Made by a program: the position numbers and the translations under genes. A stretch of 63,997 bases of DNA, filler included, from Acidimicrobiia bacterium (GTDB lineage Bacteria; Actinomycetota; Acidimicrobiia; Spongiisociales; CAZKJJ01): the NCBI GenBank assembly GCA_046759765.1. It is 18 parts of 18 records of this genome, joined end to end, with 100 filler letters (N's around TTAATTAATTAA, not from the genome) between each part and the next. Parts side by side here need not be neighbours in the genome. Positions count along the whole stretch, not along the records: positions 36,759 to 40,205 come from JBHICV010000215.1; positions 40,306 to 43,734 come from JBHICV010000216.1; positions 43,835 to 47,260 come from JBHICV010000217.1; positions 47,361 to 50,731 come from JBHICV010000218.1; 14 more parts are not named here. One strand, written 5' to 3'. The notes beneath the pieces are model-generated. The model did no database searches. It was not told where the DNA came from and saw nothing but the letters and a program-made list of their open reading frames with translations. Below, one piece after another: positions 38,756-48,446 of the stretch (position 1 is the stretch's first letter; every line of letters starts with the position of its first letter).

Positions 38756-39877
38756 ATGACCGAACGCAGACTGTGGGTACAAGGCTTCCAGGTTGCCATC
38801 TGGGTGACCGTTGCCGTCATCGTCGTCTTCAGCCCGCTCCTCCTCATCGGTCTGGGCTGGTTCCTCGAGACATACGAGGAAGTCGAAGGCGCCGCGCCCG
38901 TCTCGCACCGCGTCCACGAGATCTCCTTCGGGATTCTGTTCGCGCTGGCGCTCGTCGGTGCCTTGACCCAGCGCCGGGAGCCCGGCCAGAACATCGCCGG
39001 GATGCAACAGCTCGTAGTCGTCACGGTTGTGTTCACCGTGGTGATGTGGCGGGCCATCGATCGGTTCGAGTGGCTCTCAGTGGTTTACCTCCTTCCCGTT
39101 GTGGTGGCTGCGGTCTTGCACCCGCAACGAAAACGACTGCTATGGCCCCCACCCCGGCCGTTCGGAGCCGGACTTGCCATGACCGCGATCGCGCTGCTTC
39201 CGTTGGTGGACGCGGCTGGGCGCGAGTTAGAAAGGGCCGCCAATCAGGCGCAGGACCACACCACCCACTGGGGCGGCATGGCTGCGTTCTTTCTTACTCT
39301 GCTGTTCTTGAGCCTGGTGGCTTCGCTCCGCCCGCCCGGCCACCGAATCACCGCCGTCGGCATCGGCGGTGCCATCATTCTCTATGGCGTCGCTTCGCTG
39401 TTCTTTTCTTTCGATGCGTCCTCTCATCCTTCGGCCTGGGCAGTTCTGGCCATCGCGTGGGGCATAGGTTGGATCGCGCTGGCTGCTTGGTTCCCGGAGA
39501 TACGGGAGCGTAAAGCCAGAGAGCCGAGTGCGATGCGGACCGCGCTGACCGCGCTCGGCGCCTTCATGGCGGTGATACTTGGGCTGGCCGTTTCGTTCAT
39601 CTGGATGGGTGGCGACGCTCCCGCCAACATCCCTCACGCCATCGACGTCTCGGAGGCAAGACCCGCCACTTGCCAAAGCTGCCACGGAACGGGGAAGAAC
39701 GGCGCCCCGGATGTGCCACACGACTTTCCCAGGGATGGTCAGACGACCTGCCTCGCCTGTCACGCTTATGACCCGGCTTTGCTAGAAGTGGTAGCCGATC
39801 GCGGTCAGTCGTTCGCGCTGCCCTTTGCCTCCGATCCGCTGACCGACGATCAACTGGAGGAGGTGAGCGGCAAGTGA
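38756..39877 (+). CDS. Polytopic membrane protein with a C-terminal diheme cytochrome c domain
   Basis: About nine hydrophobic helices; IPH...CQSCH...APDVPH...CLACH. Confidence 0.8.
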   Translation: MTERRLWVQGFQVAIWVTVAVIVVFSPLLLIGLGWFLETYEEVEGAAPVSHRVHEISFGILFALALVGALTQRREPGQNIAGMQQLVVVTVVFTVVMWRAIDRFEWLSVVYLLPVVVAAVLHPQRKRLLWPPPRPFGAGLAMTAIALLPLVDAAGRELERAANQAQDHTTHWGGMAAFFLTLLFLSLVASLRPPGHRITAVGIGGAIILYGVASLFFSFDASSHPSAWAVLAIAWGIGWIALAAWFPEIRERKAREPSAMRTALTALGAFMAVILGLAVSFIWMGGDAPANIPHAIDVSEARPATCQSCHGTGKNGAPDVPHDFPRDGQTTCLACHAYDPALLEVVADRGQSFALPFASDPLTDDQLEEVSGK

Positions 39878-40205
39878 CCGAGCTCGGGACTCGACCTCGG
39901 ACGGTTCAGCCCCCCGAAACTCAGCTTCCGCCCATGCTTTGGGCCTTTTGGCTCGTTACGGTCGGGCTGAGCGCCATTGTCGCGGTCGCCTCCTTCTATC
40001 AACTCTTGAGTTCCGGCGGCTTGGGTGAGCAGCCGCTCCTTCAGGGTCCTCTGGCAGTCAACCCGGGAATCGATGCCCAGCTCAGGATTCTCTTTCCCGA
40101 GAGCTTCATACGCGCCACCCAGTTGCTCATCCACTTCGCAGGGTTTGGACTGTTCGCTGCTACCGCGGTACTGCTCGTGGCTCGCCGAGCCACCTCCTGG
40201 GTTCC
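39874..40205 (+). CDS. Membrane protein, 3'-truncated
   Basis: GTGA overlap with the previous gene; hydrophobic helices. Confidence 0.55.
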
Positions 40206-40305
40206 NNNNNNNNNNNNNNNNNNNNNNNNNNNNNNNNNNNNNNNNNNNNTTAATTAATTAANNNNNNNNNNNNNNNNNNNNNNNNNNNNNNNNNNNNNNN
40301 NNNNN

Positions 40306-40418
40306 TGGGACCAGAGGGCGGCGACGAGGGCGGTCGGATCGTCGCCGAGGGCTCGCCGGAGCAGGTGGTAGAGCTACCCGAGAGCTATACGGGCAAATTC
40401 CTCAGAGAGGTTCTCTGA
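40306..40418 (+). CDS. uvrA: Excinuclease ABC subunit A, extreme C-terminus
   Basis: [36 protein letters not shown]; absent from the ORF track. Confidence 0.85.
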
Positions 40419-41470
40419 AGCTCTGGGCTCACTACGGCCTTTCGGGTCGCCATTGCCAGGAATCCGAGGGTCCAAAGCGGGGCGAAGACCCTGACCGCAT
40501 TGTTTCCGCCTCCCCATATGACGGAGGAGGCCGCCGCGGCCACCCCGAGCCAGGGCAGGATCAGCCAGCGCAGAGCAGGCTCACGAGTCATCGCCAGACC
40601 GAGGATGGCCACTCCGACTGCCGCGATTCCTCCCACGGCGAGGACGGGCTGACCGTCCCAGGCTCCGAGCCACCCCGGAATGGACTGGACGAAGCCGACC
40701 AACGGCATCCCGAAGTTGTCTTTGGTGGAGAGGCCACCACCGACGGTGAGGGCCAGCCACAGCGTCCACAACCCGATGGCAGCAGTTGGGATCACGGCGA
40801 CCGCCAGGGCAGGTCTGCGTTGCCTCGAGGACCAGAGCCACCCTGCGGTCCCCAAGGCGAAGAGGAGATAGGACTCCTTGGCAAGGGCAGCAGTTGCGAA
40901 GGCGACAATGGCCCATCCCCATCGCAGTCGAAATGCGGCGACGACGCCCCATAGGGCCAGCCCCATCGCCAGAGAATCTGCAGTGACGAGCTGGATCGAC
41001 AGCCACAGACCCAGGCAACCGAGCACGCCGATCATCGCCCATACCCTTGCTTTCAGACGACGGGTAAGCACGAACAGAGCGGAGGCTGCCAGACCCATGC
41101 CGGCGATCTGCCACAGTGTGAGACTCCACACCGTCACCGCAGGTGGCAGCAGCCCGAAGCCGCCTGCGAGCCAGCCAGTCAACGGTCGGCGAAACCGATA
41201 GCTGCCGTCATCAGTGAGCTCCGGATAGCCTTTGAGGCCGAACGGATCTCGCGCGATCAGGTAGTAGTACTGACCGTCGTGCCCCAATCCTTCCGCGACC
41301 GGGACCGTTCCCAGGTCCGCTAACACGACCTCCAATGCAGGTGATTCCGCCCCAACTCTGAGAGTGGCAGCCGGATCGAAGCCGAGCGGCCACAGATGCA
41401 ACAGCTGGGCGAGGGCACCTACCAGACAGCCAAGCGCGAACCAGCGAGCCGTGGCCCATTTGTCGGTCAT
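40385..41470 (-). CDS. Polytopic membrane protein, putative GT-C fold glycosyltransferase (AZOBR_p60025-like)
   Basis: [13 protein letters not shown]...YRFRRPL, D.LA, LAKE. Confidence 0.7.
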   Translation of the reverse strand: MTDKWATARWFALGCLVGALAQLLHLWPLGFDPAATLRVGAESPALEVVLADLGTVPVAEGLGHDGQYYYLIARDPFGLKGYPELTDDGSYRFRRPLTGWLAGGFGLLPPAVTVWSLTLWQIAGMGLAASALFVLTRRLKARVWAMIGVLGCLGLWLSIQLVTADSLAMGLALWGVVAAFRLRWGWAIVAFATAALAKESYLLFALGTAGWLWSSRQRRPALAVAVIPTAAIGLWTLWLALTVGGGLSTKDNFGMPLVGFVQSIPGWLGAWDGQPVLAVGGIAAVGVAILGLAMTREPALRWLILPWLGVAAAASSVIWGGGNNAVRVFAPLWTLGFLAMATRKAVVSPELQRTSLRNLPV

Positions 41471-42558
41471 GTCGAGCTGCGGATCCGAGCGCGGGAGGCA
41501 GAGAAAACGCCCAGCGAGAGTGTTCCAAAGACCCAGACCGGCGCGAACACTCGCAGAGCGTTGTTGCCGTGGTCCCATACCCAGGTCGAGGACAGCAGCC
41601 CGAGACCAATCCAGGGCAGCGTCAGCCACGCGTAAAGGGAGCCGCGGGCGAGGACAGCGTTCACCGCGCCGTACACCAGCCCGACGGCGGCGAGCAAACC
41701 GAAGACGACCCCTCTGGCTCCATCACGAGCCCACACCCCGATCGAGCTCAGCAAGCCGACCCCGGGCAGGGTGAGGGTTCCCCGCACTGACATCCCCTCG
41801 ACCGGTCCGAGTGACCACGACCAGGCTCCGAGCAGCCCCGCCGGCACTGCCGCCACGATCACCGCTCGCTTTCGGTCACGCACCGACCACCAGAGCCATC
41901 CCGCCAGGCCGAGGGCGGACACCAGATACTGATCCTTGGTCAGGGCAGCCGCAGCCAGCGCGGCCGCGCCGGCCAGCCACCGATTCTTGAGACAGAGCAA
42001 GAGTCCGGTGAGGGTCAACCCCAGCGCCAGAACATCAGGAGTGAGCAGCTGGACGGAGAGCCACACACCGGGGTTGGCGAGAACTCCCGCGACCACCCAG
42101 GTAGGGAGGCGAAGTACGACCGCCAGTCCGGCCAAGCCCGCGGCGGCAAGACCGAGCCCTACCACAGCCCAGAGCTGAAGGCCCCAGACCGTAGCGCGAG
42201 GACCGAGAAGCCCGAAGCCACCCGCGAGGAGGGGAAAAAGGATCCGCCGGTACCGGTAGCCGGCGTGATCGAGCGACAGTCCGAGCTCGCGCCATGGGTC
42301 GCGGGCCACGAGGTACGACATCTGTCCGTCGTGTCCAAATCCTTCCACCAGATGGACTTCGCCCAGCTCGGCGGTGATCATTGGCCTGAGCAGAGAGTCG
42401 CTCCCGACTGCTAGTAGCGCAGTGTTGTCTCCGCCCAGCGAACGCATCTGGATGACCTGAAGGGCCACAGCCACGATCACTCCGATCACGAACCAGCCGA
42501 CCAGGCTGCGCCAACTCACGAGTTCTCTGTTCGAGACGGCTACGTCCATGGGTCCCAC
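41467..42558 (-). CDS. Tandem paralog of the adjacent GT-C-like protein
   Basis: GHDGQMSY.VARDP...YRYRRIL, PD.LA, LTKD, GNNA.RVFAP. Confidence 0.7.
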   Translation of the reverse strand: MGPMDVAVSNRELVSWRSLVGWFVIGVIVAVALQVIQMRSLGGDNTALLAVGSDSLLRPMITAELGEVHLVEGFGHDGQMSYLVARDPWRELGLSLDHAGYRYRRILFPLLAGGFGLLGPRATVWGLQLWAVVGLGLAAAGLAGLAVVLRLPTWVVAGVLANPGVWLSVQLLTPDVLALGLTLTGLLLCLKNRWLAGAAALAAAALTKDQYLVSALGLAGWLWWSVRDRKRAVIVAAVPAGLLGAWSWSLGPVEGMSVRGTLTLPGVGLLSSIGVWARDGARGVVFGLLAAVGLVYGAVNAVLARGSLYAWLTLPWIGLGLLSSTWVWDHGNNALRVFAPVWVFGTLSLGVFSASRARIRSST

Positions 42559-42588
42559 CCGCGTCTATCGGTACGATCCGAGCCCTAC

Positions 42589-43305
42589 ATGAACGACCCG
42601 TGGGAGGACCTAGCCGAATGGTGGGTGTCGGAAGTGGCTTCCGATCCGTCCTACGACCGCGACGTGGTTCCGCTCCTCGAGAGCCTCCTCGAGGACCTAG
42701 CCGGGAGGCTCGTCCTCGACCTCGGATGTGGCGAGGGAAGGGTCATGCAGATCCTGCGCGGCTTGGGCGCTCGAGTCGTCGGATGCGACCTCAACACGGA
42801 TCTGGCCCGGGTGGCGTCTGCTCAGGGCCCGGTCATCGTCGGTCGCCTGCCCGGCCTCGATTACCTCCGGGATGAGGTCTTCGACGTGGTCGTTTCAGTA
42901 CTTGTACTCGAGCACCTTGACGACTGGCAGACGCTCCTCACGGAGGCGGGACGCGTCACAGCACCGGGAGGCAGCCTGCTGATCGTTCTGAACCACCCTC
43001 TTTTCACTGCCCCCGGTTCGGCTCCGATTGTGGATCCCGAAAACGGCGAGGTGCTCTGGCGCTGGGGCGAGTATCTGTCGGAAGGAGAGACCGCCGAACG
43101 GGCCGGCGATCGCTCCATCACCTTCTATCACCGTCCCTTGGCTCACCTGCTCAATGCGGCCGCAAAGGCCGGTTGGTGGCTTGAAGAGGCCGCCGAGCGC
43201 CCGGCGTCGCATCAGCGTCGTGCACCCACGCTCCGAGTCATGGAGCACCAGGATCAGATTCCCAGGCTGCTGGGGGTCAGGTGGCGTCGAGAACCCTTCA
43301 AGTAG
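42589..43305 (+). CDS. Class I SAM-dependent methyltransferase
   Basis: VLDLGCGEGR, VGCD, FDVV, PGG.L...NHP, FYHRPL. Confidence 0.92.
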   Translation: MNDPWEDLAEWWVSEVASDPSYDRDVVPLLESLLEDLAGRLVLDLGCGEGRVMQILRGLGARVVGCDLNTDLARVASAQGPVIVGRLPGLDYLRDEVFDVVVSVLVLEHLDDWQTLLTEAGRVTAPGGSLLIVLNHPLFTAPGSAPIVDPENGEVLWRWGEYLSEGETAERAGDRSITFYHRPLAHLLNAAAKAGWWLEEAAERPASHQRRAPTLRVMEHQDQIPRLLGVRWRREPFK

Positions 43306-43370
43306 ACCGGCGAAAGCAACCGAAGCTGATGTCAGGTCCGCTAGACCGGACATCGTCAAGAGGAGCATCA

Positions 43371-43709
43371 ATGCAGGCCACGAAACGGATCGGCGTCCGC
43401 GCCCTGGTCGTGGGTCTCTTTCTCGCCTACCTAGCAGTCCAAGTGGCCGTGCCGGCGTGGTTGCTCACGTCGGAAAGCGGTTCCCCTGTGCGGGGAGGCT
43501 GGCAGATGTTCTCGGCGCCCACGCCGGCGCCCGAGTTCATCGTCGTCGACTCCGACGGCAGCGAGGACCTCGTGATCCTGGAGCAATTCGTGGCGTTTCC
43601 GCGCGGTGACCTACCGCTCGAGTCCGCTCTGCCCGCGCATCTCTGCCTTGTGCTGCCGTCAGCGGAGGCGATCATCGTGAGTCAGGCGGCGCTCGTCGTA
43701 TGTCCGTGA
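43371..43709 (+). CDS. Membrane-anchored hypothetical protein
   Basis: GAGGAG RBS, one TM helix, GWQMFS motif. Confidence 0.6.
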   Translation: MQATKRIGVRALVVGLFLAYLAVQVAVPAWLLTSESGSPVRGGWQMFSAPTPAPEFIVVDSDGSEDLVILEQFVAFPRGDLPLESALPAHLCLVLPSAEAIIVSQAALVVCP

Positions 43710-43834
43710 TCGATCGCCTGTACGAAGCAATCAGNNNNNNNNNNNNNNNNNNNNNNNNNNNNNNNNNNNNNNNNNNNNTTAATTAATTAANNNNNNNNNN
43801 NNNNNNNNNNNNNNNNNNNNNNNNNNNNNNNNNN

Positions 43835-43959
43835 GTTCCGTGCGCAGCCAGAAAGTGGACCCAGACCACCAGCCAAATAACGCCGCTCAGCGTGGCTGCC
43901 CAGCCGGCCCAAGCCAAGCCTCTCAAACTCGTCCACAGCTCGCGGTCCGTAACTTGCAT
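43835..43959 (-). CDS. Membrane protein, N-terminal fragment
   Basis: MQVTDRELWTSLRGLAWAGWAATLSGVIWLVVWVHF..., open to the contig edge. Confidence 0.45.
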
Positions 43960-44024
43960 GTCTCTTTAGCTAACCCGAGTAATAGTGACTCCACACCGTT
44001 CCGAAATCGTTACGTAACCTCGCC

Positions 44025-44059
44025 CACCCGCCCATATCGGCACATATGCGCTAGTGGGA
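44025..44059 (+). repeat. Intergenic repeat, copy 1
   Basis: CACCCGCCCATATCGGCACATATGCGCTAGTGGGA. Confidence 0.85.
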
Positions 44060-44259
44060 GCCACCACTGCGCTGTAGCTGCCGAGTCGGCTGGTAGGGCC
44101 CTTGGCCTCTGGCCTGGGTGTCGAGGATCGGGTAGGTGTTCGAATCGGCACCTCTCTGGGAGCTCCCGCTTCGCCGGTTGGGCTCCGGGAGGGAATCGGC
44201 CCAGGGGGCAGCTGAGAAGACTTGGGTGTTGAGCTGATGCGAACGTACCCGGACCTGCC

Positions 44260-45060
44260 ATGAGGCAGATGTTTCCCTTCCGGTTTCGGCTGGTACCGCT
44301 TGGGATCTTCCTCGTCTTCATGGCAGTCTTCGCGGTCAGGCGCATGTGGCCGACCCGACCCGGCGGTGCGCTGCCGCTGATCGGTGCGATCATCGCGGTG
44401 GGGCTCGTCGTCTTGGCAGTTGCCGTGTGGCAACGCCGGGCGCAGAAGCGGACTGACAAGACCCGCATCGGAGAGACACGGACCGTGATCGGTGGGCAAC
44501 TCGACGCCATCGCCAGCGATATCCTCAAGCTGGAAGACGAAGTCCGGGCCGCCGGCAACGATGAAGCGCTGACCCAGTACCGGAACGCCACTGCCACCTA
44601 CACCGCGGCCTTCGGCGAACTCGAGACCGCCGACACCGCTGCTGAACTCACCGACCTCGCCGCACGGCTTGACGTCGCCATCTGGCAACTCGACACAACC
44701 GAAGCCCTCCTCGACGGGAATCCACTACCTGCGAAACCGCATACCGAGCCGGCTCGGCCATCGGCCAGGCCCGGGTACCAGCGCCGGGCCGGACGGAGCA
44801 GTTGTATCGGAGTTTCCGACATCATCGCCGCGATGCTCGAGGAGGGTCCCATGCCGAGAAGGGCCCGGGGTCGCGGCCCAAGGCGTGGAAGGCGGATGGG
44901 TCCGATGCGGATGGGTCCGACGGGCATGATGGGCGACGACCGCCAGCTGAACCGCCAACGCGACAAAGGCTCCCTGGAGGTGCTGCGGGGGCGCTACGCG
45001 GCGGGCGAACTCACCGACGAGGAGTTCGATGCCAAGAGCCGCAGACTCAAGGGTCGGTAG
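44260..45060 (+). CDS. Membrane protein with a C-terminal SHOCT domain
   Basis: Two TM helices, helical region, LEVLRGRYAAGELTDEEF. Confidence 0.75.
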   Translation: MRQMFPFRFRLVPLGIFLVFMAVFAVRRMWPTRPGGALPLIGAIIAVGLVVLAVAVWQRRAQKRTDKTRIGETRTVIGGQLDAIASDILKLEDEVRAAGNDEALTQYRNATATYTAAFGELETADTAAELTDLAARLDVAIWQLDTTEALLDGNPLPAKPHTEPARPSARPGYQRRAGRSSCIGVSDIIAAMLEEGPMPRRARGRGPRRGRRMGPMRMGPTGMMGDDRQLNRQRDKGSLEVLRGRYAAGELTDEEFDAKSRRLKGR

Positions 45061-45119
45061 ACATGAGGCGTCTCATCATCTTCGATCGGCCAATCTGTCG
45101 CAATAGCGAGTGAGACGCG

Positions 45120-45154
45120 CACCCGCCCATATCGACACATATGCGCTAGTGGGA
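45120..45154 (+). repeat. Intergenic repeat, copy 2
   Basis: 34 of 35 positions identical to copy 1. Confidence 0.85.
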
Positions 45155-45198
45155 TCAAGGTTCTGGGTGTTCGGTAGGGTGCGGCGGACCTATCGAGG

Positions 45199-46758
45199 AT
45201 GGCGCGAGTGGCCGAGCAAGCGGCGCTAACCGGACCCGAGCTGAGGCATGAGGGCGTTCCCGTAAAGAGCGTGGCTGAGGGCGAGATGGTGTTGGGGCAT
45301 GCCGACGATAAGCCTGTCGTGCTGGCACGCACCGGAGGCGATGTGTTCGCAGTCAGCGGTCGTTGCACCCACTACGGCGGTCCGGTGGGCGAGGGCCTCT
45401 TCGATGGCGAGCTGCTGCGGTGTCCATGGCACCACGCCTGCTTCGACCTTCGTACAGGGCGGGCCGTGCGGGCTCCGGCACTGAATGCGTTGCCCTGTTT
45501 CGCGGTCGAGGAGCGGGAGGGGCGTCTCTACGTTGGAGAGCCGATTGAGTCCAAGTGGACCCCGCCGCCCATTGATAACCGGCCCGACGCGGTTGTGGTG
45601 ATAGGTGCGGGCGCAGCCGCTGCAGCAGCGGTGGAGACGTTGCGAGACGAGGGATACCGCGGGCCGGTCACGATGATCAGTGACGAGGAAACGGTGCCCA
45701 CCGATCGTCCCAACCTCTCCAAGGACTACCTCGCCGGGGCGGCCCCCGAGGAGTGGATGCCGCTCCGGTCGGAGACCTTCTACGAGGAACACAGTATCGA
45801 TCTGCGGCTTGGAACGCGGGTTACTTATATCGACGCTGCCGGCCGATCCGTGCGGCTGGACGATGGCTCAATGATGAGATATGGGGCGCTGCTGCTGGCC
45901 ACGGGAGCGGATCCCATCCGCCTCGACCTTCCCGGAGGGGATCTGCCCCATGTCCACTACCTTCGCACGCTGGCGGACAGCCGAGCGATCATCGCCGGTG
46001 CGAAAGAGGCGACGTCGGCAGTAGTGCTGGGTGCCAGCTTCATTGGCTTGGAGGTGGCGGCATCACTGCACCAACGGGAAATCGCTGTCCATGTGGTTGC
46101 ACCCGAGCACGTCTTGATGGAGCCAGTGCTGGGGCGTGAAGTGGGAGAGTTCATCCAGTCGCTCCACCAGAAGAAAGGAGTGCGATTTCACCTCGGGCAC
46201 ACCGCAAAGTCGATCGGGGACACGAACGTGGTTCTCGACAGCGGAGCTGAGGTCCCCGCTGACCTGGTCGTGATCGGGGTAGGAGTCCGTCCCAACATTG
46301 GGCTCGCAGACGCAGCAGGGCTAGAAGTCGACAACGGTGTCGTGGTCGACGAGTACCTACGGACCAGCGACCCGGCCATCTGGGCAGCCGGTGACATTGC
46401 CCGATACCCGGACCGGCGCCTTGACCACCACATCCGGGTTGAACATTGGGTTGTAGCCGAGCGTCAAGGACAAGCAGCAGCGCGCAACATCCTTGGCCGT
46501 GGCACCCCATTCACCGAGGTGCCGTTCTTCTGGAGCGAGCACTACGACGTGCGCATCAACTACGTCGGCCACACCGAAGACTGGGACACGCTCGACATGT
46601 CCGGCCACATCGCCGACCGTGACGCAACGATCGGCTACCGCGAGGGTCAGCGGATCATGGCAGTAGCTTCCATAAACCGAGACAAAGACAACCTCGACGC
46701 CGAACTGGCCATGGAACAGGACGACGAACACACCCTCAGACGCCTGATCGGGGAATAA
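45199..46758 (+). CDS. Rieske [2Fe-2S] domain fused to an FAD-dependent ferredoxin reductase
   Basis: CTHYG...CPWH, DRPNLSKDYL, ATG, GASFIGLE, AAGD, RVEHW, PFFWS. Confidence 0.93.
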   Translation: MARVAEQAALTGPELRHEGVPVKSVAEGEMVLGHADDKPVVLARTGGDVFAVSGRCTHYGGPVGEGLFDGELLRCPWHHACFDLRTGRAVRAPALNALPCFAVEEREGRLYVGEPIESKWTPPPIDNRPDAVVVIGAGAAAAAAVETLRDEGYRGPVTMISDEETVPTDRPNLSKDYLAGAAPEEWMPLRSETFYEEHSIDLRLGTRVTYIDAAGRSVRLDDGSMMRYGALLLATGADPIRLDLPGGDLPHVHYLRTLADSRAIIAGAKEATSAVVLGASFIGLEVAASLHQREIAVHVVAPEHVLMEPVLGREVGEFIQSLHQKKGVRFHLGHTAKSIGDTNVVLDSGAEVPADLVVIGVGVRPNIGLADAAGLEVDNGVVVDEYLRTSDPAIWAAGDIARYPDRRLDHHIRVEHWVVAERQGQAAARNILGRGTPFTEVPFFWSEHYDVRINYVGHTEDWDTLDMSGHIADRDATIGYREGQRIMAVASINRDKDNLDAELAMEQDDEHTLRRLIGE

Positions 46759-46800
46759 CCCCCGGATCGCTCCCACCACCGACTCGTCAGTCGTTCGTCA

Positions 46801-46889
46801 GCGGCACGCCCGCCCATATCGGCACATATGCGCTACCTCAGGTAGCTGTCCAAGAGCCGACCATATTGGCGGATATGGGCCGGTGCCGC
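46801..46889. repeat. Intergenic repeat, copy 3, plus a degenerate inverted arm
   Basis: CCCGCCCATATCGGCACATATGCGCTA (46809-46835); inverted CATATTGGCGGATATGGGCCGGTGCCGC (46862-46889). Confidence 0.8.
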
Positions 46890-47071
46890 CTGGCAATTCT
46901 GCTGTTCGTGGGCGCTGGCATGTGCAGGCGGCTGCGGGCTGGGCGACTGTGACGCACGTCGTGGCCGGGTAGCGGCTGCATCAGGCCTGTGGGTCGGCTC
47001 GGGCTTGTTTCCTACGGTCCTGTTCCCTGTGGGAGTACCGTTCAGCTGGGGACAGCCTCTCAGGGGGAACA

Positions 47072-47260
47072 GTGATCGAAGCTTACGTTCTCGTCCAGAC
47101 CGAGCTCGCGAAACAACCACAGGTAGCCGCCGAGGTCAGCCGTATCCCCGGCGCTGGTACCGCCACAGTGGTTATGGGCCCCTACGACGTGATCGTGCGC
47201 GTGGAGGCCGCAGATGTCGATTCTCTCGGGAAGCTCGTGGTTACCAAAGTCCAGGCCGTC
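47072..47260 (+). CDS. Lrp/AsnC ligand-binding domain protein, 3'-truncated
   Basis: AYVLVQTE...V.GPYDVIVRVEA...LGKLVV.KVQ. Confidence 0.88.
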
Positions 47261-47360
47261 NNNNNNNNNNNNNNNNNNNNNNNNNNNNNNNNNNNNNNNN
47301 NNNNTTAATTAATTAANNNNNNNNNNNNNNNNNNNNNNNNNNNNNNNNNNNNNNNNNNNN

Positions 47361-47407
47361 CCTGGTCGGAGTGGGGCAACGACCTCGAACTGCCGATCGA
47401 GACCTAG
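47361..47407 (+). CDS. Rhodanese-type sulfurtransferase, extreme C-terminus
   Basis: WSEWGNDLELPIET*, matching the GSWxEW rhodanese signature. Confidence 0.7.
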
Positions 47408-47573
47408 CTGATCTCATCCAAGCTGACAGGCCCAGATCCGGAGTCAAAGGCTCCCGCCCGATCCCGATCCAGGTCGCCGAGTGCCCGCAACCCTGCTTTG
47501 TCCAGGCTATGGACAACGCGAGATCGCGCCACATCTTATCCTTGATGGGTTCCCTTTCGCGGAGTGGCAGAGG

Positions 47574-48422
47574 ATGTTTATCCAGACCGAGAGCACACCA
47601 AACCCAGCCAACCTGAAATGCTTTCCCGGCCGGGAAGTGATGGCTGCCGGGACGGCGGATTTTCCAAATAGGGAGGCGGCGGAGCGCGCCCCTTTGGCGC
47701 AGCGTCTCTTCGAGGTCGAAGGCGTCACCGCCGTGTTTCTTGGGCCCGACTTCATTACGGTGACGAAAGCACCGGAGATCGACTGGTACGTGCTGAAGCC
47801 AGCGGTGCTTGGCGCCATCATGGATCATTTTACTTCTGGGGAGCCGGTCATCCTCGATGCTGGGCCGCCGGGAGCACCGACGTCGGACGAAACGGACCAC
47901 GAGCTGGTGGCGCAAATCAAAGAGCTGATTGATACCCGCATCCGGCCAGCGGCGGCGCAGAGCGGCGGTGATGTCGTCTTTCGCGGCCTCGAGAACGGGG
48001 TTGTCCTCCTCGAAATGTCCGGAGGTGCGTTCGGCTTGAAGGACGGGATCGAACAGATGCTACGGCATTACGTGCCTGAGGTTGTGGCGGTTGAAGATTA
48101 TCGGGACGCGATGCCCAAGCCCGGTCTGAACACGGTGGATGCCAGGGCGATCCAAAGCCTCCTCGATCAAAGGATCAATCCCGCGGTGGCAGCTCACGGG
48201 GGTCACATCTCTCTCGTGGATGTCCAGGACGATACCGCGTACATCCGCCTGGAAGGCGGCTGCCAAGGCTGCGGAATGGCGGATGTGACCCTGAAACAGG
48301 GTGTAGAGTCCGAAATCAAGCGAGTGGCCCCGACCATCACGACCGTGCTCGACGTGACCGACCACGCCGGCGGAGCGAACCCGTATTATCAGCCAGGAAA
48401 AGGCGGCGTGAGCCCGTTCTAG
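47574..48422 (+). CDS. NifU/Nfu family Fe-S carrier with two Nfu domains
   Basis: MFIQTESTPNPANLKC.PG (Nfu_N); first Nfu domain lacks CxxC, second has GGCQGCG. Confidence 0.9.
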   Translation: MFIQTESTPNPANLKCFPGREVMAAGTADFPNREAAERAPLAQRLFEVEGVTAVFLGPDFITVTKAPEIDWYVLKPAVLGAIMDHFTSGEPVILDAGPPGAPTSDETDHELVAQIKELIDTRIRPAAAQSGGDVVFRGLENGVVLLEMSGGAFGLKDGIEQMLRHYVPEVVAVEDYRDAMPKPGLNTVDARAIQSLLDQRINPAVAAHGGHISLVDVQDDTAYIRLEGGCQGCGMADVTLKQGVESEIKRVAPTITTVLDVTDHAGGANPYYQPGKGGVSPF

Positions 48423-48446
48423 GGGTAGGCAAAGCAGCTTTCACCG

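Noticed and set aside
44025..46889. CRISPR array or integron attC sites
   Set aside because: Repeats are separated by whole genes (1.1-1.7 kb) and lack attC R-box and L-box structure; kept as an unexplained repeat
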